In this document: in pieces, positions 27,242-45,551 of the stretch | Numbering within the stretch: position 1 is the stretch's first letter | Layout: every line of letters begins with the position of its first letter | Program-made: the position numbers and the translations under genes | Notes under the pieces: generated by a model | Databases searched by the model: none | Told to the model about the DNA's origin: nothing | What the model saw: the letters and a program-made list of their open reading frames with translations, nothing else | NCBI GenBank assembly: GCA_965261005.1 | Contig: OZ253375.1 | Location: 512,001 to 576,000, forward strand | Direction: 5' to 3' | DNA: 64,000 nt | DNA from: Deinococcus sp. | Lineage (GTDB): Bacteria > Deinococcota > Deinococci > Deinococcales > Deinococcaceae

Positions 27242-27265
27242 ACTATTTGGGCGAGGATCAGCAAC

Positions 27266-27754
27266 TCACGGCATGGCCCGCCGCACGCCCTCCGGAAACT
27301 CGCGGGCGACGCGCTCCAACGTTTTTGCCGCCGCCGCCCGGACCATCTTCTCAAAGGCCGCCACGCCCCAGCGGTTGGCCGGGGGCAGCGTGAGGTGGGC
27401 CGACACGTACAAGTGGTAATGCAGTTCGCTCTCGTCTCGCCCACGCGCCACCACCTCGCCGCGTCCGGCCAATTCCGCCCACGCCTTGCCGGTCAACTCG
27501 CGCGGCCTCAGCTCAGCGCCACGCTCCAACTCGCGCAAATCGCTTTCAAAAGGAAGCTGCAATTCGCCCAGCATTGGCACGCTGACTATCAGGTCGGCCC
27601 GCACCACGCCGCCCGTGTCGCCGCCTGTGTAGGACAACGCGCGCAAAAAGCGCACGTGACGCAGACTGCGCTGCGGATCACGCAAAAAGTCCAGCGCCCC
27701 GCTCACCGGACCCGGATAGGCCAGTGAGAACGCTTGCCGCGCCTCGACGATCAC
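27266..27754 (-). CDS. DUF3809-family protein (Deinococcus-Thermus)
   Basis: Recalled similarity (LPFES, WGVAAFEKM) and position next to DUF3248. Confidence 0.7.
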   Translation of the reverse strand: MIVEARQAFSLAYPGPVSGALDFLRDPQRSLRHVRFLRALSYTGGDTGGVVRADLIVSVPMLGELQLPFESDLRELERGAELRPRELTGKAWAELAGRGEVVARGRDESELHYHLYVSAHLTLPPANRWGVAAFEKMVRAAAAKTLERVAREFPEGVRRAMP

Positions 27755-27782
27755 GGCGAGCGCCCCATCACCACAAGCTTTG

Positions 27783-28001
27783 TCAATCCACCCACTCGAT
27801 CACGATCTGGCCCCGCTCCAAGGCGGCCTGCACTTCCACGTCGCTGGCGCTGCGCAGGCGCGGCAAGTGGGCGAAGCGCGGCGCCTTGGAAGCGTAGCCG
27901 AGACGCACGACGATCTCCTCGCCGACCTCGTGCTTGCCGACGCGCCACACCAAGTTTCCGCCCAAGCTTTCGAGCTGTTCGGCCAAAACGTCGTCGCTCA
28001 C
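27783..28001 (-). CDS. DUF3248-family protein (Deinococcus-Thermus)
   Basis: LVWRVGK, VVRLGYAS..PRFAHLPRL and IEWVD; TACAAT-N6-GTG. Confidence 0.75.
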   Translation of the reverse strand: MSDDVLAEQLESLGGNLVWRVGKHEVGEEIVVRLGYASKAPRFAHLPRLRSASDVEVQAALERGQIVIEWVD

Positions 28002-28049
28002 GACCTTATTGTAGGGATTGTAAAGCCCAAAAACCGAGGGGCGGCCGGC

Positions 28050-28451
28050 TCACGGCCCCTTCTGGCTGGTCAGCGCGGCGCCGTCCTGGCCGAGCACGTC
28101 GAAGGCGTAGCCCGCGCCGCTCAGGGCGCGCCAATTCACGCGCAAATCGGCGCACGACCCCGGAAACACCACCTCGCCCGCGTTCGGGTAACGGCCGTTG
28201 TCGTTGCGGTACGCCTCCAGGGCGCGCGCCAAGTCAAAGGCGCAGGTGCGCGCCCCGGCGAGGTCGGTGACCCGCTCGGCGTCGGCAGTGCCGCGCAAGC
28301 GTTCGAGTTGGACTTCCAGCGCCCCGACGCGCGCCTCCAACCGGTTGACGCGGTCTTCGAGCTGCTGGGTCCGGCGCATGGGGCGGTCCGCACAAGCGCC
28401 CAGGAGCGGGGCCAGCACCAGACAAAAAAGGAGAAATCCAACCGGGCGCAT
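28050..28451 (-). CDS. hypothetical lipoprotein with coiled coil
   Basis: Lipobox LGAC, heptad repeat, ALEAYRNDNGRYP segment; TATGGT-N6-ATG. Confidence 0.65.
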   Translation of the reverse strand: MRPVGFLLFCLVLAPLLGACADRPMRRTQQLEDRVNRLEARVGALEVQLERLRGTADAERVTDLAGARTCAFDLARALEAYRNDNGRYPNAGEVVFPGSCADLRVNWRALSGAGYAFDVLGQDGAALTSQKGP

Positions 28452-28504
28452 GCGCTCACCATATCGGGCCGGCTGCTGCGGGTGAAGCCCCCACAGGCCC
28501 GCCG

Positions 28505-29722
28505 TCAAGCGCGCGTGAGCAGGCTCAGCACCTCGACGTGGCTGGTCTGCGGATAGAAGTCGTGTGGCGCGGCCGACATCAGGGTCCAGCCCGCACGGGT
28601 CAGCTCGCCCACGTCGCGCGCCCAGGTGCTTTCCTCGCAGCTGACGTACACCAGCTTGCGCGCGCCGCTCCCCGTGATGGCCGCGCGCACCTCCGGCGCG
28701 AGGCCGGCGCGCGGCGGGTCGGCCACCACCACGTCCGCCTCCGGCAGCCGCGAAGCGTCCCCGCGCACGAAGCGGACGTTTCCCACGCCCAGCCGGGCCG
28801 CGTCGCGCTCGCCGCGCGTCAGGGCCTCCCCCGCGAGGTCGAGCGCCGTCACCCGCTCAAAGCGCGGCGCCAAGTGAAGGGCGAGCGCGCCCGAGCCGCC
28901 GTACACGTCCAGCGCGTGCTCGCCCGAGCCGGCCAGCGCCGCCGCCGCGCGGTAGAGCGCGCCCGCCGCCTCCGGGTTCACCTGCGCGAAGCCGGTCGCC
29001 GACACGCTGAGGTCAAGATCGCCGAAGCGCTCCAAAGTGGTCGGCTCACCGGCCAGCAGCATGGCGCCGCGCGCGAAGCGGCGCCCGGCCGGCGGCGCGA
29101 GGCTCACGCCCGCCGCGCCCGCGTCCAGCAGGGCGTCTATGGCGCGGGCGTAGGCGCGCGGCGGCCCCTCGCCGATCAGGGCGGCCAGCACCTCGCCGCT
29201 CCCCGCGCTGGCGCGCAGGGCGAGTTCGCGCGCCGCCGAGAGGCGCGAGACGTCCAGCCGGGCGCACAGCTCGGCGATGGCCGGCAGCACCAGCGGGTCG
29301 TGCTCGACCGCCACCGCCTTGTGGCCGCCCCTTTCGCGGTAGGCCAACGTCCGGCCGCGCAGCAGGTACTGCGCCGAGGCGCGGTAGGCCCACTCGCGCG
29401 GGCTGGGCACGCTGGGCGCCACCTCGCCGTCCAGCTTGGCGACGCGCGTCAGGGCCTCCTGCACGAAGCCGCGCTTGTAGCGCAGCTGCGCCGCATAATT
29501 GGCGTGCGCGAGGTCGGCGGTGGGCAGGTCGGGCGCGGGCACCCGGTCGGGGCTGGCGAGCAGAACCTCGCGCGTCTCGCCGCGCCGCACCCCCTTGCCC
29601 GAGTGCACCTCCGCGAGCACCGTCTCCCCCGGCAGCGCCCCCGCCACCAGCACCACGCCCAAGGCGTCGCGCGCCAGGCCGAGGCCACCGGAGACCAACT
29701 TCTCGATGTGAAATTCATTCAT
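28505..29722 (-). CDS. RNA (uracil-5-)-methyltransferase, RlmD/TrmA family
   Basis: TRAM-like N-terminus; FAQVN, DVYGGSG, DPPRAGL, YVSC and [10 protein letters not shown] motifs. Confidence 0.9.
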   Translation of the reverse strand: MNEFHIEKLVSGGLGLARDALGVVLVAGALPGETVLAEVHSGKGVRRGETREVLLASPDRVPAPDLPTADLAHANYAAQLRYKRGFVQEALTRVAKLDGEVAPSVPSPREWAYRASAQYLLRGRTLAYRERGGHKAVAVEHDPLVLPAIAELCARLDVSRLSAARELALRASAGSGEVLAALIGEGPPRAYARAIDALLDAGAAGVSLAPPAGRRFARGAMLLAGEPTTLERFGDLDLSVSATGFAQVNPEAAGALYRAAAALAGSGEHALDVYGGSGALALHLAPRFERVTALDLAGEALTRGERDAARLGVGNVRFVRGDASRLPEADVVVADPPRAGLAPEVRAAITGSGARKLVYVSCEESTWARDVGELTRAGWTLMSAAPHDFYPQTSHVEVLSLLTRA

Positions 29723-29773
29723 GGGTGAGGTTCGTTCATGGAGCGTGGGAAAAGCCTTGGTCCACGCTTCCCC

Positions 29774-31678
<1,905 letters not shown>

Positions 31679-31879
31679 TGCTGGGGGTCCTCCTGAAGAG
31701 ATTGGGAGAAAATGATGGCCCCTCGCACGCTCCGGCCGAAATCGAGACCAAAAAGAGAATAGCAAGCGCGCGCAGGGGGACCGTCAGCGGCGAACAAATG
31801 TCGGCGAAACAGATGTCAGCAAGAAGGCGGCCGGCCCTTCCTGCTCGGCCGACCGCTTTCCTCACCGCTTTTCTCGTTG

Positions 31880-31955
<76 letters not shown>

Positions 31956-31988
31956 ATCGCTCTGCTGTCGCCTTTGACAGCGGGGTTT

Positions 31989-32017
31989 AGTGTAACGGCG
32001 ACTCTTGGCCTTGTCAA
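31989..32017 (-). promoter_or_regulatory. tRNA-Asp promoter
   Basis: TTGACA, 17-bp spacer, TACACT. Confidence 0.8.
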
Positions 32018-32054
32018 TCGCGTTTCTCTTTGTAGACTTGCTACCCTGACACCT

Positions 32055-32843
32055 ATGTTCCTGTTCGCCCGGCCCGAGACGCGCAAGGACCGGCCGGGCA
32101 CCGAGTTGCTCGCCGAGTACGTCTACCGCCCGTTGGCACAAACGCTGGTCGGCCCGCTGGCCCGCCTGGGCGTCCGGCCGACCCAGGTGGTGCTCTTCCA
32201 CACGGCCCTGGGCCTTTTGGCCGCCCGACAGGTGGCGCGCGGCGGGCGGCTCCTGCCCGCGCTGCTGCTTCAGCTCAAGACCGTGCTGGACAACGCCGAC
32301 GGTCAACTGGCGCGCGCCACTGGGCAGACCACCGCGATGGGGCGCTACCTCGATTCCGAGATGGACCTGTTGGTCAACGCCGCGCTGCTCACCGCGCTGG
32401 ACCGCCGCTGGGGCCTGCCCGCCCTCGCGCTGCTCAGCCTGCTGCTGACGGCGGACTTTCTGCTGGAGCGCGATTATCGCGCCGCGCGGGACGCGCCCTT
32501 TCGCGCCGCGCCGCTGCAAGGCGGCGACCACCCGGGCGTTCTGCGCGCCCTGCGCGGCGTCTACTGGCTGGTCTTCGGGCCGCAGGAGAGGTTGCTCTCG
32601 GGCCTGTTCGAGCGGCGCTTCGTGGCGGCGGGCGGCAGGGACGATCTGCGCGCCGCCTACACCCCGCGCGCCGTGACCCACCTGGCCGCCAATCTGGGCC
32701 TGAGCAGCCAGCTGGCGCTGGCCGGCTTCCTCATCGCGCTGAACCGGCCAAAGCTCTACTTGGCGAGCTTGCCCCTTCAGGCCGTGGCACTTGGAGCGGC
32801 GCAGCTGTGGCGTGAGGCGCGCGTGCGCGGGGCCGTCACATGA
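32055..32843 (+). CDS. CDP-alcohol phosphatidyltransferase family protein
   Basis: [10 protein letters not shown]...GRYLDSEMD signature. Confidence 0.9.
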   Translation: MFLFARPETRKDRPGTELLAEYVYRPLAQTLVGPLARLGVRPTQVVLFHTALGLLAARQVARGGRLLPALLLQLKTVLDNADGQLARATGQTTAMGRYLDSEMDLLVNAALLTALDRRWGLPALALLSLLLTADFLLERDYRAARDAPFRAAPLQGGDHPGVLRALRGVYWLVFGPQERLLSGLFERRFVAAGGRDDLRAAYTPRAVTHLAANLGLSSQLALAGFLIALNRPKLYLASLPLQAVALGAAQLWREARVRGAVT

Positions 32844-33250
32844 CCGGGGCCAAACGGCCGGTCGTATCGGTCGGCGCCCTGGTGCGGGGACCGGAGGGCA
32901 AGTGGCTGATCGCCCGCACGACCAAGTGGCGCGGCGCTTGGGGCGTGCCGGGGGGCAAGGTGGAGTTCGGCGAGACGCTGGAGGCCGCCGTGAAACGCGA
33001 GTTTCTGGAGGAGGTCGGCTTGACGTTGTCGGACGTGCGCTTCGCCCAGCTTCAGGAGGCGGTAAGGAGCCAGGAGTTTCACGCGGACGCCCACTTCGTG
33101 CTGGTGGACTTTCTGGCCCGCACGGGAAGCGCAGCGGTCACCCCGAACCCCGAAATCGAGACGTGGGCCTGGGTCACGCTCGAAGAGGCGCTGACCTATC
33201 CCCTCAACAGCTACACCCGCACCCTGGTCGAGCATGCCAAACGGGCCTGA
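32840..33250 (+). CDS. NUDIX hydrolase
   Basis: [25 protein letters not shown]udix box. Confidence 0.93.
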   Translation: MTGAKRPVVSVGALVRGPEGKWLIARTTKWRGAWGVPGGKVEFGETLEAAVKREFLEEVGLTLSDVRFAQLQEAVRSQEFHADAHFVLVDFLARTGSAAVTPNPEIETWAWVTLEEALTYPLNSYTRTLVEHAKRA

Positions 33251-33968
33251 ATTTGGCGGGCGTAAGACGGCCCTGGTCACCGGGGCCGCACACGGCATCG
33301 GGCGTGGGGTGGCCCTGGCCCTCGCCGGCGAGGGCTTCGATGTGGCGGTGCACTATCTGCACTCGCGCGCGGACGCCGAGGACACCGCCCACTTGGCCCG
33401 CGAGCTGGGCGTGCGCGCGGCCGTGCTGCGCGCCGACCTGACCGACCCCGAGCAGGCGGCACGCGCCGTGGAAGAGGCGTACGGGGCCTTTGATGGTCTG
33501 GGCGTGCTGATCAACAACGTGGGCAACTACGTGCAAAAGCCGTGGCTGGAGACCACGCCGGGGGAATGGCGTGACATGCTCGACTCCAACCTCAGCGCCG
33601 CCTTTTACACCTGCCAGGCGGCGGTGCCTCACCTGCGGGAGGCGGGCTGGGGAAGAATCGTCAACTTCGGCTACGCGGGCGCGCAGCACCTGCTGGGCCG
33701 CAGCGGCATCGTGCCCTACGCCGCCGCCAAGAGCGGCGTGATCGTGCTGACGCGGGCCATCGCCCGCACCGAGGCCGGGCGCGGCATCAGCGCCAACGTC
33801 GTGTCGCCCGGCGTGATCGAGACCAGCTTGTCGCAGCCCACCGGGGACATTCCTGCCGGCCGCGCCGGCAGCGTGGCCGAGGTCGCGGACGCCGTCCTGA
33901 CCTTTGTGCGCGCCAGCGACTACGTGACCGGGCAGGTTTTGGAGGTGGCGGGCGGATGGAACCTGTGA
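33234..33968 (+). CDS. tmpR: SDR oxidoreductase, TmpR-like dihydropteridine/dihydrofolate reductase
   Basis: [22 protein letters not shown] and EVAGGWNL; TmpR assignment from recalled similarity to the Thermus enzyme. Confidence 0.7.
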   Translation: MPNGPEFGGRKTALVTGAAHGIGRGVALALAGEGFDVAVHYLHSRADAEDTAHLARELGVRAAVLRADLTDPEQAARAVEEAYGAFDGLGVLINNVGNYVQKPWLETTPGEWRDMLDSNLSAAFYTCQAAVPHLREAGWGRIVNFGYAGAQHLLGRSGIVPYAAAKSGVIVLTRAIARTEAGRGISANVVSPGVIETSLSQPTGDIPAGRAGSVAEVADAVLTFVRASDYVTGQVLEVAGGWNL

Positions 33969-34543
33969 GCGACCTCGAAGCCGCCCTCGCTCACTTGCGC
34001 CGCGACCCGGTGCTGGGCGGGGTGATCGGCCGGGTTGGCGAGCTGCCGTGGCCGCCCCTTGCGGCGGCCGACCCCTTCGCGTCCCTGGTTCGGTCGGTGA
34101 TCGGGCAGCAGCTCTCGGTGCGGGCGGCGGACAGCATTGAGGCGCGGGTGCGCGGGGCGGCGCCGGGCCTCAGCGCGCCCGAACTCGCCGCGCTTTCGCC
34201 AGACGCCCTGCGCGCCCTGGGCTTGTCGTGGGCCAAGGTCCGCACCATTCACGCCCTCGCCGCGCGGGTGGCGGACGGGACGCTCGATTTCGCGCAGCTT
34301 GAGCAACTGGATGACGAGGGCGTAATCGCAGCCCTCACCAGCGTGCCCGGCGTCGGGAAGTGGACCGCCGAGATGTTTTTGATGTTCGCCCTGGCGCGGC
34401 CCGACGTATTTTCCTGGGGCGACGCGGGCCTGCGCGCGGCGGTGCGGCGCCTGTACGGCGAGTCGGTTGGGCCGGAGGTGGCGCTGGCGTGGTCACCCTA
34501 CCGCTCGCTGGCCGCCCGATATCTGTGGCGCCCACTTCTGTGA
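33965..34543 (+). CDS. DNA-3-methyladenine glycosylase (AlkA, HhH-GPD family)
   Basis: [16 protein letters not shown] and [13 protein letters not shown] motifs. Confidence 0.92.
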   Translation: MSDLEAALAHLRRDPVLGGVIGRVGELPWPPLAAADPFASLVRSVIGQQLSVRAADSIEARVRGAAPGLSAPELAALSPDALRALGLSWAKVRTIHALAARVADGTLDFAQLEQLDDEGVIAALTSVPGVGKWTAEMFLMFALARPDVFSWGDAGLRAAVRRLYGESVGPEVALAWSPYRSLAARYLWRPLL

Positions 34544-34581
34544 AGGACTTGTCACGTATTTGGGTATAAGCTAAGAAAATC

Positions 34582-35271
34582 ATGAACTACCCGAGCCTGG
34601 TCTGGCACCTGAAGCGCACCGAACTGTTTGCCGACTTCGAGCTGGCCGAGCTGGACCGGGTGGCGGTCTCCATGCCCTACCGCTCGTTCGATCCGGGCCA
34701 GGTGGTGTACCGCATGGACGACCCCGCCGACGCGCTCTACTTCGTGCGCAACGGCCTGATCAAGATCAGCAAGCTCTTTCCCAATGGCAAAGAGGCCATT
34801 TTGGGCGTGGTGGGCCAGCACGACACCTTTGGCGAGCTGCTGTTAGAACCCGAGGAGCGGCGCCACACCCAGGCCGAGGCCGTCGAACCCACCAAGCTGA
34901 TCGTGTTGCCCAGGACGGACCTGCAACATCTGCTTTCGAGCAAGCCCGAGCTAGCCATGAAGCTGATCCGCTTGATGGCCGCACGCCTCTTTGAGGCGCA
35001 GTCGTGGTCCGCCGAGGTCAGCGCCTACAGCGCCCCCGAGCGCGTGGCCAGCCTCTTGTACCGCCTTGCCAAAGAGTTCGGCAAGCCCCATCCGCAGGGC
35101 GTGGAGCTGAACCTCAAGCTCAACCAAGAAGACATCGCGCGCATGGTCGGCGCCACCCGCGAAACGGTCAGCCACAGCCTCAGCAAGCTGCGCCAATTGG
35201 GCGCCATCGTGCGGCCCCGCTCGCCCATGGTGGTCCGGCTGGAGTCTTTGCAGGACTTTGTCGAGCGGTGA
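34582..35271 (+). CDS. Crp/Fnr-family transcriptional regulator
   Basis: cNMP-binding domain (FGE) and HTH QEDIARMVGATRETVS. Confidence 0.95.
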   Translation: MNYPSLVWHLKRTELFADFELAELDRVAVSMPYRSFDPGQVVYRMDDPADALYFVRNGLIKISKLFPNGKEAILGVVGQHDTFGELLLEPEERRHTQAEAVEPTKLIVLPRTDLQHLLSSKPELAMKLIRLMAARLFEAQSWSAEVSAYSAPERVASLLYRLAKEFGKPHPQGVELNLKLNQEDIARMVGATRETVSHSLSKLRQLGAIVRPRSPMVVRLESLQDFVER

Positions 35272-35296
35272 AGGGTCGAGCGGTGAAGGGCGGGGC

Positions 35297-35536
35297 GTGC
35301 AGGTCTGGTACATCGAGTCGCGTGTTCCCGAAGCCCTGGACACGCTCGACAATGTGCTTGACCGCCTGAAGTATCTTCCCGGCTTTCTCGGCGGCGAGCT
35401 GCTCAGCTCGCCGGATCAGCCGGGCCTCACGCTATTGCAAACGCGCTGGGACGGCTTTCCACCGCGCATCGGCTTGCCGGCCGGCGCCCGCGCCTGGGTC
35501 TTTCATGTTGCGCGCGTTCAAAACCGTGTAGAATGA
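35297..35536 (+). CDS. small protein, antibiotic biosynthesis monooxygenase-like
   Basis: LPGFLGGELLSSPDQPGL.LL..RW pattern; start estimated. Confidence 0.6.
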   Translation: MQVWYIESRVPEALDTLDNVLDRLKYLPGFLGGELLSSPDQPGLTLLQTRWDGFPPRIGLPAGARAWVFHVARVQNRVE

Positions 35537-35566
35537 GCAAAAGGTGTGGCACACCTCCGGACGGCC

Positions 35567-35595
35567 TTGACGAACCTGGCCGTACGTTATAGTAT
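35567..35595 (+). promoter_or_regulatory. rpoBC promoter
   Basis: TTGACG, 17-bp spacer, TAGTAT. Confidence 0.7.
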
Positions 35596-35805
35596 TCATA
35601 GCGGTGACCAGGATGGGTCTCCGGGGAGCTTCTTGGAAGCAGTGCCATACGCACAACTCCGATAGTCAGGCCGAAAGGGGGCGGGATGATTCTCGCCTCC
35701 CTGAACCCTTGTTGTCCCTTGGCGCCACGGTGTTGAGCGACGGGACAACCGGAGCGAGACCGCACGACCTTTTTTCACACAGGCTTTTTTCACACAGGGG
35801 TGGAC

Positions 35806-39249
<3,444 letters not shown>

Positions 39250-39270
39250 GGCGTGGACGGTCAAACGCCC

Positions 39271-39299
39271 GTAGGGGAGGGTTTGAAACCCTCCCCTAC
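39271..39299. repeat. GTAG-family REP palindrome
   Basis: GTAGGGGAGGGTTT-G-AAACCCTCCCCTAC with perfect 14-bp arms, between rpoB and rpoC. Confidence 0.75.
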
Positions 39300-39382
39300 A
39301 CCCGCCCCGCCGGCAGGTTTGAAATTCCCACAGCCACAAACAAAACGAACCCAACAGCCCGCTCACACACAGGAGCAACGCT

Positions 39383-44035
<4,653 letters not shown>

Positions 44036-44039
44036 TCTA

Positions 44040-44085
44040 CCCCCCTCCCCAACCCCTCCCCCGCAAGGGGGGAGGGGCTTTTTTT
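44040..44085 (+). repeat. REP-like palindrome copy 2, doubling as the rpoC terminator
   Basis: CCCCTCCCCC-GCAA-GGGGGGAGGGG followed by T7; matches 9245-9282. Confidence 0.75.
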
Positions 44086-44214
44086 ATGCTCAAGGCCCTA
44101 AACGCGCAGATGCTCTCGTCTGGAAGCGCCTTTTTGCTACATATGCATGTGCAACTCCTGAAAATAGGCCAGTTGGCGCATGCTGAGAGACGCCGAACGC
44201 CGCAGACTGCTTGC

Positions 44215-45111
44215 ATGTCTCACCGCCCTTACCGCGATGACGCGGACTTTGTAGCCCTGCTGGACTTTCTTTCGGCGGTCAATCTATCTAACCCGCAAGC
44301 GGGCTACCTGCACCCCGGCGACCTGACCTGGTGGATACGCCGCAACTCTGTTTTCAAGCCGCAAGAAGGCATAGAGCTGTTTCACAACGGCTCGGGCGGG
44401 CTGCTGGGTTTCGTGTTCAACAACCCGCCCGAGTGGGCCACCATTCAGGCGGCGCCGCACGCTCCGGCGGCCGTGCTGGACGAGATGCTGGCCTTCGCGG
44501 AGGCCAGGGCCGCAGCAAACACCGAGAAGCCGCTCACCGTTGCCGCAGACGCGGGCGACGAGGCGCTGACGCGGGCGCTGGAGCGGGCGCTGGAGCGGGC
44601 CAGACTGACACGCACCGGCGAACGCATGTGCTGTTTTGTCTACCGGCCCGCCGCGCAGGGCCTTTTCCAAGCGACGCTGCCAGACGGCTTTTCCTTTTTA
44701 TCCGTCGCCGACGACCCCGACCTCAAGGCCAAGCGGGTGGAATTGCACCGTGCCGTCTGGCAAAACTCGAAAGTCACGCCGGAGGCTTACGAATACCTGC
44801 GGGCCGCGCCCAGCTACCGCGCCGACCTCGACACGGTGCTGGTCACCCCGGACGGTCAGTGGGCCGCCTACGCGCTGGGTTGGTACGACCCGCTGACCAG
44901 GGACGGCATTCAGGAGCCGGTCGGCACCCATCCGGGGTTCCGGCGGCGGGGGCTGGGGCGGCTGGTGGTGCAGGAGGTCACGCGCCGCTTGATGACGCTG
45001 GGCGCAGAGAGGGTGTCCATCTATACCTTCGAGAGCCTTCCCGCAGCAACGGCGCTGTACAGGTCGGCGGGCTACAGCTTGACGGGATATGTGGACGACT
45101 GGCAGCGGTAA
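44215..45111 (+). CDS. GNAT-family acetyltransferase
   Basis: EPVGTHPGFRRRGLG and LYRSAGY motifs; start estimated. Confidence 0.88.
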   Translation: MSHRPYRDDADFVALLDFLSAVNLSNPQAGYLHPGDLTWWIRRNSVFKPQEGIELFHNGSGGLLGFVFNNPPEWATIQAAPHAPAAVLDEMLAFAEARAAANTEKPLTVAADAGDEALTRALERALERARLTRTGERMCCFVYRPAAQGLFQATLPDGFSFLSVADDPDLKAKRVELHRAVWQNSKVTPEAYEYLRAAPSYRADLDTVLVTPDGQWAAYALGWYDPLTRDGIQEPVGTHPGFRRRGLGRLVVQEVTRRLMTLGAERVSIYTFESLPAATALYRSAGYSLTGYVDDWQR

Positions 45112-45154
45112 GGGCTTGAGGCGGTCCTGCGCCACCGCGATTTATCCTCTGGTC

Positions 45155-45180
45155 AAGAAAAAACCGCCCAGTGAGGGCGG
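45155..45180 (-). terminator. intrinsic terminator of the small-peptide transcript
   Basis: CCGCCC-TCACT-GGGCGG-TTTTTTCTT on the minus strand. Confidence 0.75.
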
Positions 45181-45228
45181 CGGGCTTTTCAGGCGGAGTG
45201 CGAGGGGCTTACACCCAGTTCAGAGCAG

Positions 45229-45390
45229 TTATTCGCTGCTCCGATGACCATGCTCCCACAAGAACCGGAACACGCTCCAGGCCAGCGAGACGAGGCCAAT
45301 CAGCTCCTTCCACGGAATGGCCCGCTTCGGTTGCTTCTTGGCCTTCTTACCGGCCTTACGGCGTTTTCTGGTATGCTTTGTTTGTCGCAT
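45229..45390 (-). CDS. 53-aa basic/hydrophobic peptide, candidate type I toxin (absent from ORF track)
   Basis: MRQTKHTRKRRKAGKKAKKQPKRAIPWKELIGLVSLAWSVFRFLWEHGHRSSE; own -10 box and terminator. Confidence 0.65.
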   Translation of the reverse strand: MRQTKHTRKRRKAGKKAKKQPKRAIPWKELIGLVSLAWSVFRFLWEHGHRSSE

Positions 45391-45445
45391 AAGCAAACCG
45401 GGCTGGACGACCTCTGACTAGGGCGTCCAGCCACTTCCTTTCTCT
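45384..45445 (+). ncRNA. candidate antisense RNA (antitoxin)
   Basis: Extended -10 TG-G-TATGCT (45369-45377), hairpin GGCTGGACG/CGTCCAGCC (45401-45432), pyrimidine tail; antisense to the peptide start codon and SD. Confidence 0.55.
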
Positions 45446-45551
45446 ATAAGAGGTTCGGTCGTGGGCTGACGTGACGCCCCAGCTTTCCCCGCGCTGTCAT
45501 GCTGCCCGCCCATCACTGGGCAAGGGCAGTGTAGCGCCTAAAGCTCGGCGC

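Noticed and set aside
45171..45392. 73-aa plus-strand ORF from the track
   Set aside because: No RBS or leaderless promoter; it is antisense to the better-supported 53-aa peptide
45166..45521. MITE or IS remnant explanation for the inverted ends
   Set aside because: No target-site duplication flanks the ends and there is no transposase remnant; the ends coincide with a predicted TSS and a terminator. Disfavoured but not fully excluded
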